Below are positions 21,735-31,604 of a DNA stretch of 64,000 nucleotides, one piece after another. The notes under the pieces were generated by a model that saw only the letters and a list, made by a program, of their open reading frames with translations, was not told the DNA's origin and did not search any database. Positions within the stretch are counted from its first letter, which is position 1; each line of letters opens with the position of its first letter. The DNA comes from Macrostomum lignano. Its lineage: Eukaryota. Location: assembly GCA_002269645.1 (NCBI GenBank), contig NIVC01000561.1, positions 124,001-188,000 of the forward strand, written 5' to 3'. The position numbers were made by a program, and so were the translations under genes.

Positions 21735-23110
21735 GCAGGGTCACCTGTGCGTTAGACAGCAGTGTCACCTGTGTGTTAGACAGCAGTGTCACCTGTGTGT
21801 TAGACAGCAGTGTCACCTGTGTGTTAGACAGCTGTGTCACCTGTGTGTTAGACAGCTGTGTCACCTGTGTGTTAGACAGCAGTGTCACCTGTGTGTTAGA
21901 CAGCAGTGTCACCTGTGTGTTAGACAGCAGTGTCACCTGTGTGTTAGACAGCAGTGTCACCTGTGTGTTAGACAGCAGTGTCACCTGTGTGTTAGACAGC
22001 TGTGTCACCTGTGTGTTAGACAGCAGTGTCACCTGTGTGTTAGACAGCAGTGTCACCTGTGTGTTAGACAGCAGTGTCACCTGTGTGTTAGACAGCAGTG
22101 TCACCTGTGTGTTAGATAGCAGTGTCAAGGTGTTAGACAGCAGTGTCACCTGTGTGTTAGACAGGAGTGTCACCTGTAGGTTAGATAGCAGTGTCACCTG
22201 TGTGTTAGACAGCTGTGTCACCTGTGTGTTAGACAGCTGTGTCACCTGTGTGTTAGACAGCAGTGTCACCTGTGTGTTAGACAGGTGTGTCACCTGTGTG
22301 TTAGACAGCAGTGTCACCTGTGTGTTAGACAGCAGTGTCACTTGTGTGTTAGACAGCAGTGTCACCTGTGTGTTAGACAGCAGTGTCACTTGTGTGTTAG
22401 ACAGGAGTGTCACCTGTGTGTTAGACAGCAGTGTCACCTGTTTGTTAGACAGCAGTGTCGCCTTTGTGTTAGACAGCAGTGTCATCTGAGTGTTAGACAG
22501 GTGTGTCACCTGTGTGTTAGACAGCAGTGTCACCTGTGTGTTAGACAGCAGTGTCGCCTTTGTGTTAGACAGCAGTGTCACCTGTGTGTTAGACAGGTGT
22601 GTCACCTGTGTGTTAGACAGCAGTGTCACCTGTGTGTTAGACAGCAGTGTCACTTGTGTGTTAGACAGCAGTGTCACCTGTGTGTTAGACAGCAGTGTCG
22701 CCTTTGTGTTAGACAGCAGTGTCATCTGAGTGTTAGACAGGTGTGTCACCTGTGTGTTAGACAGCAGTGTCACCTGTGTGTTAGACAGCAGTGTCACCTG
22801 TGTGTTAGACAGCAGTGTCACCTGTGTGTTAGACAGCAGTGTCACCTGTGTGTTAGACAGCAGTGTCACTTGTGTGTTAGACAGGAGTGTCACCTGTGTG
22901 TTAGACAGGAGTGTCACCTGTTTGTTAGACAGCAGTGTCGCCTTTGTGTTAGACAGCAGTGTCACCTGTGTGTTAGACAGCAGTGTCACCTGTGTGTTAG
23001 ACAGGAGTGTCACCTGTGTGTTAGACAGCAGTGTCACCTGTTTGTTAGACAGCAGTGTCGCCTTTGTGTTAGACAGCAGTGTCACCTGTGTGTTAGACAG
23101 CAGTGTCACC
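21735..23110. repeat. 24-bp satellite (GTCACCTGTGTGTTAGACAGCAGT), array 2
   Basis: Same unit as 16928-17568, in the corresponding part of the duplicated unit. It explains the NTQVTLLS/DSSVTCVL ORFs. Confidence 0.96.
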
Positions 23111-23829
23111 TTACAGATATGAAATTATTCGAGCAGCTTTAACCCACATGGCAGGATTCCGCACCTCAATAAAACAAAGACTACCAAAACAACTTTTGGG
23201 GCGCTAAAAAGGCCGTTTTACATAAACAATGGCCGAAAAAGACAGAAAATATTCTGCCAATTATTTTTGATAGAACTGTCAGTTTAAGAAGAGCTGAGTT
23301 TCCAAGAAATCAACACGAGCACGAGTTTATTTCTTTAATTTGTTAAAATCAGCACTGAGAACGGACTCGTTTGCACATCCAATTGAAACAAAATGCCTGA
23401 AAACGTAAACGATAATAATTATATTTACCTGTATGTCGAATCTGCATGTTGAACGTTGAGTTCATAATTCAAGATCTTACAGTTTAATTTGTCAGAGTAA
23501 AATCCCAAGCTTCAAAAACTTATTGAATACATACAGTCTTTATAATCATTTATGTCTGCGACTTCTTTGTTTGGGACAGTGTAATTAATGTAATATTATG
23601 ATTATGTGTGCAAAAGTAGTTTCTTCAGTGGCAGGCTAAAAAATCTTCCTGTTCATCCTCTGGGCAGGTTACATTTTCACCTGTGAGTCGTGTATTTGTC
23701 AACTAGGAAGCGGCTCCATTATTTTTAACAGCTTATCCCTGCTGTTATTATTCAAATGAATTAAAAAAACCTTCAGCTTGATGTGCTTTAGGCAGCGTAA
23801 ACTGTTGTTGCATATCATCAATAGCGCTA

Positions 23830-24600
23830 AGTTAATATAAGGTTGTAAAAATGGAATTTTCATCCTCATCCCATTATTAAAAATCCTTATCATGCAATGT
23901 CATGATGGCTTTGACAATTTCAGACTCGCTCACAGAACCATCACAGCTTTCTCGGCCATCCCAACGTGTCGAATCCTCTTCTGCTTTTACTTTGATCTCT
24001 GTCTCTTGAATTTTTTTCCATGTCTGATTGGTGAGCTCCATTGCCACAGGCTTCCCCTCCAGCTACACAGCCTGCGGCTCCCAGAGCACCTGCAACGATT
24101 GGGATAAGAGCCGCCAGAGGTAGGATTCCACCAGAATTTTCATCTGTGAAGCTGTGCGCTTGCTCATTACACTGAAATATCTGCTGTGTGGAATCGATTT
24201 TGACTTTGACCTTGGGTAATTACCCTGATTTGATGATTTGATTGATTTTGTGTTTAATATTATAATTACTTCTGTGTCAGCTGGTATGACGAATAGTTCA
24301 GCTTTTCTGAATGTTCCGTGCGGGTAATTTAAGGGTAATTTAGTGGATAAAAGTAATAATCTCCGGGGTCTAAGGTAGTATTCCTGTCTGTTTTATGCGG
24401 ATCAGGGCTAAAATACGGAGTACATATTTCTATGCGTGTTTAAATAGCTACAAGTAGGGTGGCGGTCTGTCTACCCATTTTGTAGAGTATTGTCCTGCAT
24501 TAATGTTTAGCTCTTCAGCTGTCTGCTTGGTGTCTGCATCTATAGACTACAGCGTGACACGTTTTTTGCTAATTAATTGATGAAGCCAGCTGATTCTACC
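23830..24600 (-). mobile_element. Degraded Polinton/Maverick (adintovirus-like) fragment encoding an adenovirus pX/mu-like core protein
   Basis: With stops and frameshifts, the minus strand reads EYYLRPRRLLLLSTKLPLNYPHGTF... (~24390-24240) and GGILPLAALIPIVAGALGAAGCVAGG (24132-24055). The latter is the GG-hydrophobic motif I recall from adenovirus pX and Polinton homologues. Assignment is from motif recall, not a search. Confidence 0.5.
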
Positions 24601-24679
24601 GGTAGTTTATTCCATGCAACTAAGAAAAGTTAACAATAAAAATAAGTCAACCCAAATTAAAGGTTCGAAACAAGGTCGT

Positions 24680-25072
24680 CAAGACTGAACTTCGGTCTCT
24701 CGAAGGGTCGAACAGCAAGGAGAGCAGAAGCATAAGCAGACTGTACACAAGAATAAGAACACTTTTCCGATTCATCTCTCTCCTAGTGACTCACGTGACC
24801 ACTCTGAGGGCTCTTATTGTCTGGATGGCATAAACAAGTCTGGAGTGCAAAATAATTATCCAAGTGCACGGACAAACCTTGCTCGCTCGCTTTTTAATTT
24901 GCTTCCACTTACAGAGACGAATCACTGTCTGGATAAGCAAAAAACCAGAAAAATACAATATACGTAAGTACTAAAATACTTCTTTTAAGCACAGGAGCTA
25001 GAGCTCCTTTCAAAAAAACTGGCAATAAACTTTTGTGGCACCAAAAATCAATAAAAAACAGAACAGAAAGTC
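24680..25072 (+). promoter_or_regulatory. Conserved upstream block of ANK-cGLR gene C
   Basis: Paralogous to 10085-10416. Contains tgactcacgtgac (overlapping AP-1-like and E-box motifs). Confidence 0.5.
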
Positions 25073-28000
25073 ATGCCGGACTCACCTGAGCCGCCGCAGT
25101 TCGAGTCGGTGCTCGAGTCGCTCGAGTCGGGAGACTGCGGCCTCCTCACTGAGTGGCTCATCCATGGCGGCAGTCCTGACGAGCAGGAATCTAACGGCAG
25201 GTCCTTCCTGCACGTCGCCAGCTTTCTCGGAAACGCAGAGGCCGCGCGGCTGCTCGTGGAAGCCTTGGCGAATGTCGACCTGGTCGCAGCTGACGGCTGC
25301 ACGCCGCTGCACACAGCAGTTCATAAAAGAAGAGCAGAGCTGGTTGGCATGCTGCTCAGAGCTGGAGCCAGGGTCGACCTCCTGAACAGCAATGGCCTGA
25401 CTCCCCTAGCCCTGGCCGTTAATAAAGAAAACCCGGAGATCGTCAGCGAGCTGATTCGAGCTGGAGCTTCAGCCGATATGAGCAGCAATAACAACAGGGA
25501 TTTGGTCAGGCAGGCCATCATGTGTCGGCAGCTGTCCATGGCTCGGATGCTGATTGACGCCTCTGCCGAAATAGATAAAAAAAGAGCTTAGAGTGGTTTA
25601 AGCTTGCCTTGTTGACTAGTTTCACAGAGGCGGTGCAACTTCTGATCGATGCTGGTGTCAGGCTGGATCAGACAGGGCCGATGGGCCTCATGCTGTCGTT
25701 TTTTACCATGCTTCCAGGCAATGCCTCTGTCAGAAAGTTGCTGCTTGCTTCTGGAGCAGAAATGGCACCAGAAGAGGTAATGAGTTTCATTTCCGCATTC
25801 TGCTCAGCCCCAAGGCCACCCCGCCAAGCCGCAGCGCCGACCGTCCGGTCAGCGGAGGAGCAGCGCCAGTTCAGCTCGCGGCTGTCCGAAGCCATGCGAG
25901 CCGCCGGGTTCAAGCAGGCCAACGCGGCAGTTCAGAGCGGAGCTGCGGCCGCGCTGCAGGACATCCTGAGAGACCTGATGGACTGCAAGGACATTTTTGT
26001 GTTCGGAAGCTTCGCAGACGGATGGGGCAGCAGCCTGGAGACTCTGAACGGGGAGATCAGCTGGGACTCCGACATTGACGTCACCTGGATGGAGTCCGAT
26101 AGACTGCTGTGCCTGGACTGCGGCTCTGCCGGCTGGACCGCCTGCAGTGGCTGCGGCAGAGATGCGATCCGAGTGCAATGCGAGAACGGACACGCCTACT
26201 ATGAGCATGGCTGTGAGTAGCTCAGTGCTTCCTGAGCATGTGATCATTATAAACTAGTGACTTTTTAGTGTCCTGGGCCCTCTGGTTTAGCAGGTAGTTG
26301 CAATGAGCTCTGGCTTTTTTGTGCGCTTCGACCCATATTGAAGCGGGCAGTGGAGCCTACAGGAGGGAGTTCATGTCAGATGATGCGGCAGTGCAAAACT
26401 GGCAGGATTATCTGCGTCAACTCTGGGCAATCTCACAGACTGCTGTATTCAAGGTGGGTGGTCTGTAGGCAGACACGTTCCGCCTTGCTTGTTGCCTTTC
26501 CCTGCTCTCTGCTCTCCAGCTGCACTCGACGAAAGTAAAGAGCAATTTAAAAGGCATTTCTTGTATGTGGATTGCTAAAGTAACCAGAGAAATAAAAGAT
26601 GAGAATGAATGCTTGCTGGCGGGGCTGTGTGCAAAGCATTGAGTGCTTGCTGGAATCAAGATAAATTAAAGTTGGTAAATATTGCAGTCATCGTAGTTGT
26701 ATTAGTTCTTATGCAGCGTTTAGGAGGCTAAGCACTCGATTTTTCACATTCACAGCCACGGGACCTAACATGGCAACAATGCGTTCATCAGAGCCTTTTA
26801 ATCATCGTTTGCATGTCAATATCGATCGAATACTTGCCGTGCCCTGCTGCCGCTACCCCCGCATCGAGCTGCTGCAGCTCGGCTACTCAAACCGCAGAGG
26901 CCAGCCGTCCCAGATGCCTCAGCGCATTCTGAACCAGCTCGAACAGGAGGCTCTCAGCCACTCTCCAAAGTGTCACGCGGTCGCTGCGTCGCCTCCACAC
27001 AAACCGCCTGGCAGCTGCATGCGGGTGAGCACAACCCTGCTGGAGAGAGCCGTCATGCACAGCCTCACCACCGTGCAGGGCCAGTTCTTCATCCTCGTCA
27101 AGTTCCTCATCAAGAAGGTGATCAGCATCGAGATGAAGGTGAGCGGTCTGAAGACGTACATGGCCAAGAACCTGCTGTTCTACATGCTCGACGAGACGCC
27201 GGAAGAAGAATGGAAGCCAGACAACTTGCTGCAACTCGTGCGGCAGTCGCTGCAGCTGCTGGTTGAGACGATGGAGAGCTCAGACTCCGATACAGTGTGC
27301 ATGAAGCACTTCTTCCTACGAGATGCCGACGTGTACTTTGAGAGGGATCAACTCCCGAAGAAGGACATTGTGGATGCGGTCAATGGGGTGATTGACGAGC
27401 TTCCTCGCTGGCTGCATCAATTCCAAGGCCAGCTGAGAGAAAATGCGAGCAACTCTGTGCGGTTCGAGCCTTTCCGGCTTTTGTGGGACTTTCATTTTTC
27501 ACGTGACGTGCAGCGGTACTCAGGCTACAGCTCAATCTACGGCTTGGTGAGTCATTGCCTGCTTAAACTCGGCTCGGACCGGCGGGGTCAGTCGGAGTCC
27601 GAGCACCTGTCGGAGCTGCTGCAGCTGATCGGTGAGCTGCCAGACTGCGCCAGATCAGCCAGAGAGAGCCTCAGGTTGATGGCGCATCTCAAATTTCACG
27701 CACCGCTGGATGCGGCCGGTGCTGCAGCAGAACTGACGGGCCAGGAGAGCAGCGGCATCGAGTGTCCGGAGAGTGCTGGCGGAGGCAGCGAGCTGCTGTC
27801 GGTGGGCGAGGCGAAGGAGCTCGTGTGGCGGCACCTGGAGGAGACCGACTCCGCCACAATTTTAAATTTTTTGTTTGAAGAGGAACTGGATTTTGGATTC
27901 CTGCCAGCTGCTGCAAAGCAACATTTTATTATCAGGTTCAATTTGAACAATCAGACATTTCCGCTGCCAGTAGACTTTGTCCAGTTGCATAAGTCCCTGG

Positions 28001-29136
28001 CAGGTCGGGAATCAGCTCCATTTGAGACGCAATTTGGTCAGGAAATCGTTGCTGGACTCTCCCAGAGATGTGACGTGAAAGCTCTTCATGAGGCTTTTGA
28101 TGTGGCTGAAACAATCGAAAGCGGGACTCGGCGCTTTCTATGCGGAAGGATGGGTCAGATTTTACAGGCATATCCTGAGTACAGTAATTATGTCATATCA
28201 TTAGTAAGATTTTATTCAATTTTTTACTTTGACTGTCGCACTCCACATTCATTGACTTCACCTGCAAATGCTTCTCGAATCAACATTTTTCAGATGATTG
28301 CAAGCCCACAATTTCGAGGCCGACTGATAGAGTTCGGTTCTGAAATTTTTTGCCATTTGTTTCAAGAGTTACGTCTTGAAGACATCCGCAACTTTCGTGC
28401 CGAAGCTGCGTCTCCTGAGTGGCTGCAGGAAATCCAGCAGAAATTTCTGCAGTGGTTTTTGGACAGCGCAGAAAGCCAACCGCCTCTACAGCTCTTTCAG
28501 TCAGATGAAGCTTTGAGATCGTCCATTTCTGAAGTCATCAAATCGGTAGTTTAAAAAATAGCAAAAATTAAAACATTAGAAAGCAAAATAATTTAAATAC
28601 TTTGGGAGTTTCAATCAAATAAAAATGTTAGCCACAAATTTTAGTCCAGCACTTTCAAGGCAAAGATTTCAGCTTTGGAAACCCATCTGTTTCAGATGTC
28701 GGCTGAACCATGCATCTTTCAAGACGCGCTACTCTTGGCCCTAGATAAAGCTGAGAGTCTGCAATCCGAGGCTGAGCCTGGCGAGATGCAGCAGCTCCCT
28801 GGGCTGCAGGAGGAGCCGCTGGATGGAGCCGAGAGTCTGCAAGCCGAGGCTGAGCCTGGCGAGATGCAGCAGCTCCCTGGGCTGCAGGAGGAGCCGCTGG
28901 ATGGAGCCGAGAGTTTGCAATCCGAGGCTGAGACTGGCGAGATGCAGCAGCTCCTTGGACTGCAGGAGGAGCCGCTGGATGAAGCTGAGAGTCTGCAATC
29001 CGAGGCTGAGCCTGGCGAGATGCAGCAGCTCCCTGGGCTGCAGGAGAAGCCGCTGGATGAAGCCGAGAGTCTGCAAGCCGAGGCTGAGCCTGGCGAGATG
29101 CAGCAGCTCCCTGGGCTGAAGGAGACTCCGGATTGA
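25073..29136 (+). CDS. Gene C: ankyrin-repeat / Mab-21 (cGLR) nucleotidyltransferase fusion; exons 25073-26212, 26756-28545, 28696-29136; ~1123 aa after adding one base at 25577-25583
   Basis: Same exon phases as gene A (gtgagt...ttcacag; gtagtt...tttcag). About 5 ankyrin repeats, intact GS/DSDID/VNID, near-identical Mab-21 core, divergent C-terminal region and an expanded acidic exon 3. Confidence 0.85.
28750..29133 (+). repeat. Coding 78-bp (26-aa) tandem repeat x5 in gene C exon 3
   Basis: AESLQ(S/A)EAEPGEMQQLPGLQEEPLD(G/E) four times plus a partial fifth copy. Confidence 0.9.
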
Positions 29137-30683
29137 GTTTTATTTGTCTCCTCAGCCTGCCAGCTCGCAGCGGCAAGATGGAGCAGCGGTGCTGAGGTAC
29201 TTTTGAAGCTGACGTGCCTGACTGATTGCCGTGTGAGGCATCACCTTGCTCTACTCTCATGCCTGCATCTCACCCTACGTCTCACTGAAATTTTACTGAT
29301 TCTCATAGAGACTTTACTGTAAGTCTTCTCAATGCACTGTTGCGAAATCCCAGTCTACTGTTGTAATGCACTTTCTGCACTCTCTCCCTACACGATGTGG
29401 CGGGAGGTTATACACGTAAGTATGTTCATATGGCTGTATCAGTTCGCCGTGAGTTTATTAATACCAATATTTTCTTGCATAGTTTTTCAATAATTTTTCT
29501 CGCATAGCTAAATCTAAAGAGGCTGGACCCGTGCCCCTTGCAGATCCATAAACTCTTTTTTAATCAAATTTTGCCGTGTGAAACTCTGGTTTGAAAACTG
29601 CACAATGCCCCTGAATAATGAGCAGCTTGAGCATTTTGATTTTGAGCCGTTTAGCGGCGTCTCACAAAGTTTGAAGACCAGAGTTGATTGTTTCTCTTTT
29701 GCTTCTGCACACCAGAAATTGTTCAAAGTGATTGTCTTCTATTTTTCATATTTTATTTTATTCATATTTTAATTTTAATAATTTTAAAAAGAATGTTCTC
29801 TTCTTGCAGACGAGTTAAGTAATAATTAGCAGCTTAATAAATCATAATTCTGTTTTATTAATTAGGCTTAATAAGTTCGTGAATCATCCAACATTTGCTT
29901 TTTTGCAGTAGAGATCTCGGATCTGATCTCAATTTTCTGTTATTTAAACAAATTTCTCTTTGCCACTGCTGATCCTTTTACAAAGATTTCTTTAGTTTAC
30001 CAATATGAATTGCTTTTTATTTAACTATTTAATAATAAAATGAATCTCAATCGACTCCTTACCGATTTCGGCTCAGCCTCGCAGAATCTTCAAAGCCAGT
30101 TTTTATATTTTCGTCAGACAAATAAATTTAATTAATAACTCTCTTGATTATGGGATGATCTGTTTCTGTCAACTAAGCTCGAAAACTGAATAATATAATC
30201 ACACTAATCAGCTCATCATCAGAATTCTAGATTTGAGATCAAGGACACTGGGTGCTCACATCACCTGCACAAAACAAGAATCCGTTGAGTAAGAAGCCTG
30301 AGACACTGGGAGTTGCAGTGATGCAGCTGCAGCATCATCTTAACTGCAGTCTTCTGGCAAAAGCCTGCATTTTTGTTAGGGTTCGAGAGAGCCTCCGGAC
30401 TCATATTGTCTTTGAGTCTGTTTTAAAGCCTTTTTGAAGCTCTAGGCGTCTCAACATATGTTTTAGTTAGAGGCAGGGGGCTGGGTGCACCCTGGCGCAC
30501 TTTAAGCGACATTGTCACACAACCGGCGAGAGGCAATCCTGCTCCAATTACTTCAGAATTCAAAAAGTTCAACAACTTTAAGAAGTTTAAACCAACAGGG
30601 CAGGATTTCACTCCTCAGTAAAACAAAGACTACCAGAACAGCGTGGCCCCAAAAGGGCCGTTTTATATATACATCGCAAAAAT

Positions 30684-30910
30684 TCTGCAAGCTGAGGATG
30701 AAGCTGAGAGTCTGTAAGCGTAGGATGAAGCTAATGAGAGTCTGCAATCTGAGGATGAAACTGAGAGTTCGTAAGCTGAGGATGAAGCTGAGAGTCTGCA
30801 AGCTGAGGATGAAGCTGAGAGTTTCAGAAGAGAGAAGCTGGGAGCTCCCTCGGCTGCAGAAGAGCCTATAGATTGGCCTCTCACACTACGTGTCATTAAC
30901 TTTTACTCAT
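30684..30910 (+). pseudogene. Remnant D: degenerate exon-3/3'UTR fragment of a fourth ANK-cGLR copy
   Basis: 27-bp units (gagagtctgcaagctgaggatgaagct = ESLQAEDEA) with stops, followed by sequence matching gene C 3' flank (~29270). It is flanked by ~40-bp direct repeats (30647-30685, 30935-30973). Confidence 0.6.
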
Positions 30911-31604
30911 TCTTATTCTACCAGAAAAGTGTAGCCCCCAAAAAGGGCCGTTTTATGTATACATCGCAAAAATGAAAGCAAATATTTTGTCAATTTTCTG
31001 CTTAGAACTCACAGTTAAAATGAGCTAATTTCTTAGAAACCAACGCGAAGACAAGTTTATTTTTGTAATTTGTTAAAATCAGTATCGTGAACGGAATTCA
31101 TGTTTGCCGAAGGCAGCCAACCAAGCGCACATCCAGTTTAAACAAAAACTCAGAAAACGGAATTGAGAATATAATTATATCTACCTGTATATTGAATCCG
31201 AAATTTAAACAGTAAGTTCATAACTTATAATTTTACAGTTGAATTGGTCAAAGTAAAATGCGAAGCTTCAATAAAACTGGAAAGGTACCAAAGTACTTTC
31301 AATAAATATTACTAAACTATATGCACAGCATATAGGTTATTAATGAGAGGTTTGATTCAAGTCAATTTAGTACGGAAGTAAATTTTTGTTAATAATAATA
31401 GCAACAATTTTATTACGATTGAAATCAAAATTACGAAGAATTTGATAAATTGCACAATGTCCAAAATGGCACTCTACTCAGATCCAAAATGGCACTCTAC
31501 TCAGACACAAATCTGTACTTTAATTCAATACATAGCGCTGTACATCTAGAAAGCAGTTCACAGTCAGAAGTACACACAAGACATGAAGTCACGTGACGTC
31601 ACAG

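Noticed and set aside
16928-23110. 24-bp arrays as CRISPR or as proteins (NTQVTLLS, DSSVTCVL, CHLCVRQQ)
   Set aside because: Head-to-tail repeats without unique spacers, eukaryotic context, no cas genes, open in multiple frames.
26294-26453. Possible cassette exon inside intron 1 of gene C (ag|GTAGTTGC...TCAAG|gt)
   Set aside because: 160 nt would shift frame, the equivalent in gene A has an in-frame stop, and direct exon1-exon2 splicing is already in phase.
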